In this document: in pieces, positions 37,804 through 50,400 of the stretch
How the letters are laid out: each line of letters begins with the position of its first letter
How positions within the stretch are numbered: the stretch's first letter is position 1
Notes under the pieces: generated by a model
Told to the model about the DNA's origin: nothing
Databases searched by the model: none
What the model saw: the letters and a program-made list of their open reading frames with translations, nothing else
Translations under genes and position numbers: made by a program
Source of the DNA: Squalus acanthias
Taxonomy: Eukaryota
Direction: 5' to 3'
NCBI GenBank assembly: GCA_030390025.1
Contig: CM059438.1
Coordinates: forward strand, 55,988,001 to 56,052,000
Length of the DNA: 64,000 nt

Positions 37804-38204
37804 GCTCCACCATTGGTGACCGTCCCTTCAGCTGCCTCGGCCCTAAGCTCTGGAATTCCAAAACCTCTCCACCTCGCCTCCTTTAAGACGCTCCTTAAAA
37901 CTTACCTCTTTGGCCAAACTTTTGGTCATCTGCCCTAATATCTCTTTATGTGACTCGGTGTCAAATTTTGTTTGATAACGCTCCTGTGAAACACCTTGGG
38001 AGGTTTTACTAAGTTTTAGGCGCTGTATAAATACAGGTTGTTGTTGTTGTTTGTTTTCAGGTTACACTGTGACCCTGAAATAAACATTATTATTATTAAT
38101 TGGAAACGTGTAAAATAAACACTGAAAAGATGTTCCATTAATGCGGGCGTCCTCCTGATGGTTGAGTTTGTAAAGACAACACACACCAAGACTTGATCCC
38201 TCAC

Positions 38205-38551
38205 CTTTGCTGTATCAGTTGATCCCAGTCAATTGGAGTCAGTCTCAGTGTCTCCAGGGCTGGGAAATGGAAAGAAACAGCCATGTTTCCTGCCCCTTCG
38301 TGTTCAGTAGTAAAGCTTCTCAAGTCATGTGTTATGATCATTATTAGGATATTTCAGGATTTTCCGCCGTCATTGGAAGAAATCTGAAATCTCAGGAAGA
38401 AACCTGCGTAGCAAAGGATGACAGAATTCCCTGGAGCTTCTTGCTCAGGACTATAACTTGATGTCAGCGCTCCACATGTCTGGTCTGCATCTTCACCCAC
38501 ATGCTTGTACTCTGCAATCACACAACTACTTCCCCTCCTGTTCTGTTCCAT
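38205..38551 (-). pseudogene. Possible decayed first coding exon of the gene containing the 20183-20344 exon
   Basis: ATG at 38551 in a good context (ACAATGG), reading MEQNRRGSSCVIAEYKHVGE. Donor AAG|GTGAGG at 38205. The phase-0 frame reaching this donor needs one frameshift and has four TGA stops. Confidence 0.3.
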
Positions 38552-38849
38552 TGTTCAGTAAGAACAGGAGGCTTGCAGAGAATTCCCTGCCCTGCACTTT
38601 CCCACAGGTTATGCAGTTCTGGCACCAGTGGGAATGAGAGCTCATTGTATTGGAAAGTTCCAAAACTCCACGTAGCACATTCCATTCATTTTTCAACTTC
38701 ATCCTATTCTTCACCACCTTCCCATATCTGATCAGCTTGTGTCCCATTCTCGGGGGATGGGTTGACTCCTCAATGGTTGTTCCATAGCTTAGGAGACAGG
38801 CATGCAGAGTTTAGCAGATCTCAGCCAAGAAACTTTTAAGGGAATTATA

Positions 38850-39308
38850 GGGCTGGGCTGGGCTGGGGTGGGGTAAGGTGGGCTGGGCTGGGGTGGGGTG
38901 GGGTGGGGTGGGCTGGGTTGGGTTGGGTGGGCTGGGCTGGGCTGGGCTGGGCTGGGGTGGGGTGGGCTGGGGTGGGGTGGGGTGGGCTGGGCTGGGCTGG
39001 GGTGGGGTGGGCTGGGCTGGGCTGGGCTGGGGTGGGCTGGGCTGGGGGGTGGGGTGGGGTGAGGTGGGCTGGGGTGGGGTGGGGTGGGGTAGGGTGGGCT
39101 GGGCTGGGGTGGGGTGGGGTGGGCTGGGGTGGGCTGGGGTGGGGTGGGGTGGGGTAGGGTGGGCTGGGCTGGGGTACGGTGGGGTGGGGTGGGCTGGGGT
39201 GGGGTGGGGTGGGGTGGGCTGGGCTGGGGTAGGGTGGGCTGGGCTGGGCTGGGGTGGGCTGGGCTGGGCTGGGGTGGGGTGGGGTAGGGTGGGCTGGGCT
39301 GGGCTGGG
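38850..39308. repeat. (GGGCT/GGGGT)n pentanucleotide repeat, G-quadruplex-prone
   Basis: Read directly. Confidence 0.96.
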
Positions 39309-40733
39309 TCATAGAGTCATAGAGTTATCCAGCACAGAAAGAGGCCCTTCAGCCCATCGTGTCCGTGCCGGCCATCAAGCCCTGTCTATTCTAATCCCTT
39401 TTTCCAGCACTTGGTCCGTAGCCTTGTATGCTATGGCGTTTCAAGTGCTCATCTAAATGCTTCTTGAATGTTGTGAGGGTTCCTGCCTCTACCACCCTTT
39501 CAGGCAGTGAGTTCCAGATTCCAACCACCCTCTGGGTGAAAAAGTTTTTCCTCAAATCCCCTCGAAACCTCCTGCCCCTTACCTTGAAACTATGCCCCCT
39601 GGTTATTGACCCCTCTACTAAGGGGAAAAGTTCCTTTCTATCTACCCTATCTATGCCCCTCATAATTTTGTACACCTCAATCAGGTCCCCCCTCAGCCTT
39701 CTCTGCTCTAAGGAAAACAACCCCAGCCTATCCAGTCTCTCTTCATAGCTGAAGCGCTGCAGCCCAGGTAACATCCTGGTGAATCTCCTCTGCACCCTCT
39801 CCAATGCAATCACATCCTTCCTATAGTGTGGCGACCAGAACTGCACACAGTATTCCAGCTGTGGCCTAACTAGCGTTTTGTAAAGCTCCATCATAACCTC
39901 CCTGCTCTTATATTCTATGCCTCGGCTAATGAAGGCAAGTATCCCAGATGCCTTTTTAACCACCTTATCTACCTGTCCTGCTGCCTTCAGGGATCTATGT
40001 ACATGCACACCAAGGTCCCTCTGATCCTTTGTCCTTCCTAGGGTCCTACCATTCATTGTGTATTCCCTTGCCTTGTTAGTCCTCCCAAAATGCATCACCT
40101 AACACTTTTCAGGGTTAAATTCCATTTGCCACTGTTCTGCCCATCTGACCAACCCGTCTATATCCTGTAGCCTGAGGCTTCCCTCCTCGCTATTTACCAC
40201 CCCACCAATTTTCGTGTCATCTGCGAACTTACTGATCATACCTCCTACATTCATATCTAAATCATTAATTTACACTACAAACAGCAAAGGACCCAGCACC
40301 GATCCGTGCGGTACACCACTGGACACAGGCTTCCAGTCACAAAAACAACCTTCGACCATCACCCTCTGCCTCCTGCCACTAAGCCAATTTTGGATCCAAT
40401 GTGCCAAGTTGCCCTGGATCCCATGGGCTCTTACCTTCTTGACCAGTCTCCCATGCGGGACTTTGTCAAAAGCCTTACTGAAGTCCATGTAGACCACATC
40501 AACTGCACTACCCTCATCCACACACCTAGTCACCCCCTCGAAAAATTCAATCAAATTGGTCAGACATGATCTCCCCCTGACAAAGCCATGCTGACTATTC
40601 TTGATTAATCCTTGCCTCTCCAAGTGGAGACTAATTCTGTCCCTCAGAATGTTTTCCAATAATTTCCCTACCACTGATGTTAGGCTCACTGGCCTGTAAT
40701 TTCCTGGTTTATCCCTACTACCTTTCTTGAATT
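39309..40733 (-). mobile_element. 5'-truncated, frameshifted CR1 LINE lying between two G-rich pentamer arrays
   Basis: FKKGSRDKPGNYRPVSLTS...GVPHGSVLGP, LVRPQLEYC. The tail appears as CATAGAGT repeats on the + strand. Confidence 0.93.
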
Positions 40734-40737
40734 GAAT

Positions 40738-41279
40738 TGGGCTGGGCTGGGGTGGGCTGGGGTGGGCTGGGGTGGGCTGGGGTGGGCTGGGGGGTGGGGT
40801 GGGGTGGGGTGGGGTGGGGTGGGGTGGGGTGAGGTGGGGTGGGCTGGGGTGGGGTGGGGTGTGGTGAGGTGGGCTGGGGTGGGGTGGGGTGGGCTGGGGT
40901 GGGGTGGGGTGGGGTGGGCTGGGGTGGGGTGGGGTGGGGTGGGGTGGGCTGGGCTGGGGTGGGCTGGGGTGGGGTGGGGTGGGGTGGGGTTGGGTGGGCT
41001 GGGGTGGGGTGGGGTTGGGTTGGGTGGGCTGGGGTGGGCTGGGGTGGGGTGGGGTGGGCTGGGGTGGGGTGGGGTGGGGTGGGGCTGGGCTGGGGTGGGG
41101 TGGGGTGGGCTGGGGTGGGGTGGGGTGGGGTGGGGTGGGTTGGGTTGGGGTGGGGTGGGGTGGGCTGGGGTGGGGTGGGGTTGGGTTGGGTAGGCTGGGC
41201 TGGGGTGGGGTGGGGTGGGGTGGGGTGGGGTGGGCTGGGCTGGGGTGGGGTGGGCTGGGGTGGGCTGGGCTGGGCTGGG
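40738..41279. repeat. (GGGCT/GGGGT)n pentanucleotide repeat running into the gap
   Basis: Read directly. Confidence 0.96.
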
Positions 41280-41479
41280 NNNNNNNNNNNNNNNNNNNNN
41301 NNNNNNNNNNNNNNNNNNNNNNNNNNNNNNNNNNNNNNNNNNNNNNNNNNNNNNNNNNNNNNNNNNNNNNNNNNNNNNNNNNNNNNNNNNNNNNNNNNNN
41401 NNNNNNNNNNNNNNNNNNNNNNNNNNNNNNNNNNNNNNNNNNNNNNNNNNNNNNNNNNNNNNNNNNNNNNNNNNNNNNN
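41280..41479. other. Assembly gap (200 N)
   Basis: Run of exactly 200 N, probably an arbitrary scaffolding spacer. Confidence 0.99.
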
Positions 41480-44400
41480 CTGTGTACAGTAGTTCTATCT
41501 GATCTGTCCATTCCTCTGTGTACAGTAGTTCTATCTGATCTCTCCATTCCCTCTGTGTACAGTAGTTCTATCTGATCTGTCCATTCCCCTCTGTGTACAG
41601 TAGTTCTATCTGATCAGTCCATTCCCCCTGTGTACAGTAGTTCTATCTGATCTGTCCATTCCCTCTGTGTACAGTAGTTCTATCTGATCTGTCCATTCCC
41701 CTCTGTGTACAGTAGTTCTATCTGATCTGTCCATTCCCTCTGTGTACAGTAGTTCTATCTGATCTGTCCATTCCCTCTGTGTACAGTAGTTCTATCTGAT
41801 CTGTCCATTCCCTCTGTGTACAGTAGTTCTATCTGATCTGTCCATTCCCCTCTGTGTACAGTAGTTCTATCTGATCTGTCCATTCCCCTCTGTGTACAGT
41901 AGTTCTATCTGATCTGTCCATTCCCTCTGTGTACAGTAGTTCTATCTGATCTGTCCATTCCCTCTGTGTACAGTAGTTCTATCTGATCTGTCCATTCCTC
42001 TGTGTACAGTAGTTCTATCTGATCTGTCCATTCCCCTCTGTGTACAGTAGTTCTATCTGATCTGTCCATTCCCTCTGTGTACAGTAGTTCTATCTGATCT
42101 GTCCATTCCTCTGTGTACAGTAGTTCTATCTGATCTGTCCATTCCCCTCTGTGTACAGTAGTTCTATCTGATCTGTCCATTCCCTCTGTGTACAGTAGTT
42201 CTATCTGATCTGTCTATTCCTCTGTGTACAGTAGTTCTATCTGATCTGTCCATTCCCTCTGTGTACAGTAGTTCTATCTGATCTGTCCATTCCCCTCTGT
42301 GTACAGTAGTTCTATCTGATCAGTCCATTCCCTCTGTGTACAGTAGTTCTATCTGATCTGTCCATTCCCTCTGTGTACAGTAGTTCTATCTGATCTGTCC
42401 ATTCCCCTCTGTGTACAGTAGTTCTATCTGATCTGTCCATTCCCCTCTGTGTACAGTAGTTCTATCTGATCTGTCCATTCCCTCTGTGTACAGTAGTTCT
42501 ATCTGATCTGTCCATTCCCCTCTGTGTACAGTAGTTCTATCTGATCTGTCCATTCCCTCTGTGTACAGTAGTTCTATCTGATCTGTCCATTCCCTCTGTG
42601 TACAGTAGTTCTATCTGATCTGTCCATTCCCTCTGTGTACAGTAGTTCTATCTGATCTGTCCATTCCCCTCTGTGTACAGTAGTTCTATCTGATCTGTCC
42701 ATTCCCCTCTGTGTACAGTAGTTCTATCTGATCTGTCCATTCCCCTCTGTGTACAGTAGTTCTATCTGATCTGTCCATTCCCTCTGTGTACAGTAGTTCT
42801 ATCTGATCTGTCCATTCCCCTCTGTGTACAGTAGTTCTATCTGATCTGTCCATTCCCCTGTGTACAGTAGTTCTATCTGATCTGTCCATTCCCCTCTGTG
42901 TACAGTAGTTCTATCTGATCTCGCAATTCTCTCTGTGTACAGTAGTTCTATCTGATCTGTCCATTCCCTCTGTGTACAGTAGTTCTATCTGATCTGTCCA
43001 TTCCCTCTGTGTACAGTAGTTCTATCTGATCTGTCCATTCCCTCTGTGTACAGTAGTTCTATCTGATCTGTCCATTCCCTCTGTGTACAGTAGTTCTATC
43101 TGATCTGTCCATTCCCTCTGTGTACAGTAGTTCTATCTGATCTGTCCATTCCCTCTGTGTACAGTAGTTCTATCTGATCTGTCCATTCCCCTCTGTGTAC
43201 AGTAGTTCTATCTGATCTGTCCATTCCCTCTGTGTACAGTAGTTCTATCTGATCTGTCCATTCCCCTCTGTGTACAGTAGTTCTATCTGATCTCTCCATT
43301 CCCTCTGTGTACAGTAGTTCTATCTGATCTGTCCATTCCCCTCTGTGTACAGTAGTTCTATCTGATCTGTCCATTCCCCTCTGTGTACAGTAGTTCTATC
43401 TGATCTGTCCATTCCCCTGTGTACAGTAGTTCTATCTGATCTGTCCATTCCCTCTGTGTACAGTAGTTCTATCTGATCTGTCCATTCCCTCTGTGTACAG
43501 TAGTTCTATCTGATCTGTCCATTCCTCTGTGTACAGTAGTTCTATCTGATCTGTCCATTCCTCTGTGTACAGTAGTTCTATCTGATCTGTCCATTCCCCT
43601 CTGTGTACAGTAGTTCTATCTGATCTGTCCATTCCCCTCTGTGTACAGTAGTTCTATCTGATCTGTCCATTCCCTCTGTGTACAGTAGTTCTATCTGATC
43701 TGTCCATTCCCTCTGTGTACAGTAGTTCTATCTGATCTGTCCATTCCCTCTGTGTACAGTAGTTCTATCTGATCTGTCCATTCCCCTCTGTGTACAGTAG
43801 TTCTATCTGATCTGTCCATTCCCTCTGTGTACAGTAGTTCTATCTGATCTGTCCTTTCCTCTGTGTACAGTAGTTCTATCTGATCTGTCCATTCCCTCTG
43901 TGTACAGTAGTTCTATCTGATCTGTCCATTCCCTCTGTGTACAGTAGTTCTATCTGATCTGTCCATTCCCTCTGTGTACAGTAGTTCTATCTGATCTGTC
44001 CATTCCCCTCTGTGTACAGTAGTTCTATCTGATCTGTCCATTCCCTCTGTGTACAGTAGTTCTATCTGATCTGTCCATTCCCCTCTGTGTACAGTAGTTC
44101 TATCTGATCTGTCCATTCCCTCTGTGTACAGTAGTTCTATCTGATCTGTCCATTCCCTCTGTGTACAGTAGTTCTATCTGATCTGTCCATTCCCTCTGTG
44201 TACAGTAGTTCTATCTGATCTGTCCATTCCCCTCTGTGTACAGTAGTTCTATCTGATCTGTCCATTCCCCTCTGTGTACAGTAGTTCTATCTGATCTGTC
44301 CATTCCCCTCTGTGTACAGTAGTTCTATCTGATCTGTCCATTCCCCTGTGTACAGTAGTTCTATCTGATCTGTCCATTCCCCTCTGTGTACAGTAGTTCT

Positions 44401-47400
44401 ATCTGATCTCGCCATTCTCTCTGTGTACAGTAGTTCTATCTGATCTGTCCATTCCCCTCTGTGTACAGTAGTTCTATCTGATCTGTCCATTCCCCTCTGT
44501 GTACAGTAGTTCTATCTGATCTGTCCATTCCCCTCTGTGTACAGTAGTTCTATCTGATCTGTCCATTCCCTCTGTGTACAGTAGTTCTATCTGATCTGTC
44601 CATTCCCTCTGTGTACAGTAGTTCTATCTGATCTGTCCATTCCCTCTGTGTACAGTAGTTCTATCTGATCTGTCCATTCCCTCTGTGTACAGTAGTTCTA
44701 TCTGATCTGTCCATTCCCTCTGTGTACAGTAGTTCTATCTGATCTGTCCATTCCCCTCTGTGTACAGTAGTTCTATCTGATCTGTCCATTCCCTCTGTGT
44801 ACAGTAGTTCTATCTGATCTGTCCATTCCCTCTGTGTACAGTAGTTCTATCTGATCTGTCCATTCCCCTCTGTGTACAGTAGTTCTATCTGATCTGTCCA
44901 TTCCCTCTGTGTACAGTAGTTCTATCTGATCTGTCCATTCCCTCTGTGTACAGTAGTTCTATCTGATCTGTCCATTCCCTCTGTGTACAGTAGTTCTATC
45001 TGATCTGTCCATTCCCTCTGTGTACAGTAGTTCTATCTGATCTGTCCATTCCCTCTGTGTACAGTAGTTCTATCTGATCTCTCCATTCCCTCTGTGTACA
45101 GTAGTTCTATCTGATCTGTCCATTCCCCTCTGTGTACAGTAGTTCTATCTGATCTGTCCATTCCCCTCTGTGTACAGTAGTTCTATCTGATCTGTCCATT
45201 CCTCTGTGTACAGTAGTTCTATCTGATCTGTCCATTCCCCTCTGTGTACAGTAGTTCTATCTGATCTGTCCATTCCCCTCTGTGTACAGTAGTTCTATCT
45301 GATCTGTCCATTCCCTCTGTGTACAGTAGTTCTATCTGATCTGTCCATTCCCCTCTGTGTACAGTAGTTCTATCTGATCTGTCCATTCCCCTCTGTGTAC
45401 AGTAGTTCTATCTGATCTGTCCATTCCCCTCTGTGTACAGTAGTTCTATCTGATCTGTCCATTCCCTCTGTGTACAGTAGTTCTATCTGATCTGTCCATT
45501 CCCTCTGTGTACAGTAGTTCTATCTGATCTGTCCATTCCCTCTGTGTACAGTAGTTCTATCTGATCTGTCCATTCCCTCTGTGTACAGTAGTTCTATCTG
45601 ATCTGTCCATTCCCTCTGTGTACAGTAGTTCTATCTGATCTGTCCATTCCCCTGTGTACAGTAGTTCTATCTGATCAGTCCATTCCCCTCTGTGTACAGT
45701 AGTTCTATCTGATCTGTCCATTCCCTCTGTGTACAGTAGTTCTATCTGATCTGTCCATTCCCCTCTGTGTACAGTAGTTCTATCTGATCTGTCCATTCCC
45801 TCTGTGTACAGTAGTTCTATCTGATCTGTCCATTCCCCTCTGTGTACAGTAGTTCTATCTGATCTGTCCATTCCCCTCTGTGTACAGTAGTTCTATCTGA
45901 TCTGTCCATTCCCTCTGTGTACAGTAGTTCTATCTGATCTGTCCATTCCTCTGTGTACAGTAGTTCTATCTGATCTGTCCATTCCCTCTGTGTACAGTAG
46001 TTCTATCTGATCTGTCCATTCCCCTCTGTGTACAGTAGTTCTATCTGATCTGTCCATTCCCTCTGTGTACAGTAGTTCTATCTGATCTGTCCATTCCCTC
46101 TGTGTACAGTAGTTCTATCTGATCTGTCCATTCCCCTCTGTGTACAGTAGTTCTATCTGATCTGTCCATTCCCTCTGTGTACAGTAGTTCTATCTGATCT
46201 GTCCATTCCCTCTGTGTACAGTAGTTCTATCTGATCTGTCCATTCCCTCTGTGTACAGTAGTTCTATCTGATCTGTCCATTCCCTCTGTGTACAGTAGTT
46301 CTATCTGATCTGTCCATTCCCCTCTGTGTACAGTAGTTCTATCTGATCTGTCCATTCCCTCTGTGTACAGTAGTTCTATCTGATCTGTCCATTCCCTCTG
46401 TGTACAGTAGTTCTATCTGATCTGTCCATTCCCTCTGTGTACAGTAGTTCTATCTGATCTGTCCATTCCCTCTGTGTACAGTAGTTCTATCTGATCTGTC
46501 CATTCCCTCTGTGTACAGTAGTTCTATCTGATCTGTCCATTCCCTCTGTGTACAGTAGTTCTATCTGATCTGTCCATTCCCCTCTGTGTACAGTAGTTCT
46601 ATCTGATCTGTCCATTCCCTCTGTGTACAGTAGTTCTATCTGATCTGTCCATTCCCTCTGTGTACAGTAGTTCTATCTGATCTGTCCATTCCCTCTGTGT
46701 ACAGTAGTTCTATCTGATCTGTCCATTCCCTCTGTGTACAGTAGTTCTATCTGATCTGTCCATTCCCTCTGTGTACAGTAGTTCTATCTGATCTGTCCAT
46801 TCCCTCTGTGTACAGTAGTTCTATCTGATCTGTCCATTCCCCTCTGTGTACAGTAGTTCTATCTGATCTGTCCATTCCCTCTGTGTACAGTAGTTCTATC
46901 TGATCTGTCCATTCCCTCTGTGTACAGTAGTTCTATCTGATCTGTCCATTCCCCTCTGTGTACAGTAGTTCTATCTGATCTGTCCATTCCCTCTGTGTAC
47001 AGTAGTTCTATCTGATCTGTCCATTCCCTCTGTGTACAGTAGTTCTATCTGATCTGTCCATTCCCTCTGTGTACAGTAGTTCTATCTGATCTGTCCATTC
47101 CCCTCTGTGTACAGTAGTTCTATCTGATCTGTCCATTCCCCTCTGTGTACAGTAGTTCTATCTGATCTGTCCATTCCCTCTGTGTACAGTAGTTCTATCT
47201 GATCTGTCCATTCCCTCTGTGTACAGTAGTTCTATCTGATCTGTCCATTCCCTCTGTGTACAGTAGTTCTATCTGATCTGTCCATTCCCTCTGTGTACAG
47301 TAGTTCTATCTGATCTGTCCATTCCCCTCTGTGTACAGTAGTTCTATCTGATCTGTCCATTCCCTCTGTGTACAGTAGTTCTATCTGATCTGTCCATTCC

Positions 47401-50400
47401 CTCTGTGTACAGTAGTTCTATCTGATCTGTCCATTCCCTCTGTGTACAGTAGTTCTATCTGATCTGTCCATTCCCCTCTGTGTACAGTAGTTCTATCTGA
47501 TCTGTCCATTCCCTCTGTGTACAGTAGTTCTATCTGATCTGTCCATTCCCTCTGTGTACAGTAGTTCTATCTGATCTGTCCATTCCCTCTGTGTACAGTA
47601 GTTCTATCTGATCTGTCCATTCCCCTCTGTGTACAGTAGTTCTATCTGATCTGTCCATTCCCTCTGTGTACAGTAGTTCTATCTGATCTGTCCATTCCCT
47701 CTGTGTACAGTAGTTCTATCTGATCTGTCCATTCCCTCTGTGTACAGTAGTTCTATCTGATCTGTCCATTCCCTCTGTGTACAGTAGTTCTATCTGATCT
47801 GTCCATTCCCCTCTGTGTACAGTAGTTCTATCTGATCTGTCCATTCCCTCTGTGTACAGTAGTTCTATCTGATCTGTCCATTCCCTCTGTGTACAGTAGT
47901 TCTATCTGATCTGTCCATTCCCTCTGTGTACAGTAGTTCTATCTGATCTGTCCATTCCCTCTGTGTACAGTAGTTCTATCTGATCTGTCCATTCCCTCTG
48001 TGTACAGTAGTTCTATCTGATCTGTCCATTCCCTCTGTGTACAGTAGTTCTATCTGATCTGTCCATTCCCTCTGTGTACAGTAGTTCTATCTGATCTGTC
48101 CATTCCCCTCTGTGTACAGTAGTTCTATCTGATCTGTCTATTCCTCTGTGTACAGTAGTTCTATCTGATCTGTCTATTCCTCTGTGTACAGTAGTTCTAT
48201 CTGATCTCTCCATTCCCTCTGTGTCCAGTAGTTCTATCTGATCTGTCCATTCCCTCTGTGTACAGTAGTTCTATCTGATCTGTCCATTCCCTCTGTGTAC
48301 AGTAGTTCTATCTGATCTGTCCATTCCCTCTGTGTACAGTAGTTCTGTCTGATGTGTCCATTCCCCTCTGTGTACAGTAGTTCTATCTGATCTGTCCATT
48401 CCCTTCTGTGTACAGTAGTTCTATCTGATCTGTCCATTCCCCTGTGTACAGTAGTTCTATCTGATCTGTCCATTCCCCTCTGTGTACAGTAGTTCTATCT
48501 GATCTCGCCATTCTCTCTGTGTACAGTAGTTCTATCTGATCTGTCCATTCCCTCTGTGTACAGTAGTTCTATCTGATCTGTCCATTCCCCTCTGTGTACA
48601 GTAGTTCTATCTGATCTGTCCATTCCCCTCTGTGTACAGTAGTTCTATCTGATCTGTCCATTCCCCTCTGTGTACAGTAGTTCTATCTGATCTGTCCATT
48701 CCCTCTGTGTACAGTAGTTCTATCTGATCTGTCCATTCCCCTCTGTGTACAGTAGTTCTATCTGATCTGTCCATTCCCTCTGTGTACAGTAGTTCTATCT
48801 GATCTGTCCATTCCCCTGTGTACAGTAGTTCTATCTGATCTGTCCATTCCCCTCTGTGTACAGTAGTTCTATCTGATCTCGCCATTCTCTCTGTGTACAG
48901 TAGTTCTATCTGATCTGTCCATTCCCTCTGTGTACAGTAGTTCTATCTGATCTGTCCATTCCTCTGTGTACAGTAGTTCTATCTGATCTCTCCATTCCCT
49001 CTGTGTACAGTAGTTCTATCTGATCTGTCCATTCCCCTCTGTGTACAGTAGTTCTATCTGATCTGTCCATTCCCCTCTGTGTACAGTAGTTCTATCTGAT
49101 CTGTCCATTCCCTCTGTGTACAGTAGTTCTATCTGATCTGTCCATTCCCTCTGTGTACAGTAGTTCTATCTGATCTGTCCATTCCCTCTGTGTACAGTAG
49201 TTCTATCTGATCTGTCCATTCCCTCTGTGTACAGTAGTTCTATCTGATCTGTCCATTCCCCTCTGTGTACAGTAGTTCTATCTGATCTGTCCATTCCCTC
49301 TGTGTACAGTAGTTCTATCTGATCTGTCCATTCCCTCTGTGTACAGTAGTTCTATCTGATCTGTCCATTCTCTCTGTGTACAGTAGTTCTATCTGATCTG
49401 TCCATTCCTCTGTGTACAGTAGTTCTATCTGATCTGTCCATTCCTCTGTGTACAGTAGTTCTATCTGATCTGTCCATTCCCTCTGTGTACAGTAGTTCTA
49501 TCTGATCTGTCCATTCCCTCTGTGTACAGTAGTTCTATCTGATCTGTCCATTCCCCTCTGTGTACAGTAGTTCTATCTGATCTGTCCATTCCCCTCTGTG
49601 TACAGTAGTTCTATCTGATCTGTCCATTCCCTCTGTGTACAGTAGTTCTATCTGATCTGTCCATTCCCTCTGTGTACAGTAGTTCTATCTGATCTGTCCA
49701 TTCCCTCTGTGTACAGTAGTTCTATCTGATCTGTCCATTCCCCTCTGTGTACAGTAGTTCTATCTGATCTGTCCATTCCCCTCTGTGTACAGTAGTTCTA
49801 TCTGATCTGTCCATTCCCTCTGTGTACAGTAGTTCTATCTGATCTGTCCATTCCCTCTGTGTACAGTAGTTCTATCTGATCTGTCCATTCCCCTCTGTGT
49901 ACAGTAGTTCTATCTGATCTGTCCATTCCCTCTGTGTACAGTAGTTCTATCTGATCTGTCCATTCCCTCTGTGTACAGTAGTTCTATCTGATCTGTCCAT
50001 TCCCTCTGTGTACAGTAGTTCTATCTGATCTGTCCATTCCCCTCTGTGTACAGTAGTTCTATCTGATCTGTCCATTCCCCTCTGTGTACAGTAGTTCTAT
50101 CTGATCTGTCCATTCCCCTCTGTGTACAGTAGTTCTATCTGATCTGTCCATTCCCTCTGTGTACAGTAGTTCTATCTGATCTGTCCATTCCCTCTGTGTA
50201 CAGTAGTTCTATCTGATCTGTCCATTCCCTCTGTGTACAGTAGTTCTATCTGATCTGTCCATTCCCCTCTGTGTACAGTAGTTCTATCTGATCTGTCCAT
50301 TCCCCTCTGTGTACAGTAGTTCTATCTGATCTGTCCATTCCCTCTGTGTACAGTAGTTCTATCTGATCTGTCCATTCCCCTCTGTGTACAGTAGTTCTAT

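Larger units (their letters stand above)
35890..38053 (+). mobile_element. L2-type LINE 3' fragment (35890-36105 and 37804-38053) split by a CR1
   Basis: ITPVLADLRWLPV...FKILILVFKSLHG..P.YL...RSLRS, resuming with RPFSCLGPKLWNS...FKTLLKTYLF. (TTG)n tail. Confidence 0.85.

Noticed and set aside
38850..41279. G-rich repeats as telomeric sequence; Pro-rich and Gly/Trp-rich ORFs
   Set aside because: Units are GGGCT/GGGGT, not TTAGGG. The ORFs are low-complexity translations, some crossing the N gap.
41279..41480. Sharp junction between the TE-rich region and the 37-bp satellite
   Set aside because: It falls on a 200-N scaffolding gap, so true adjacency and distance are unknown.
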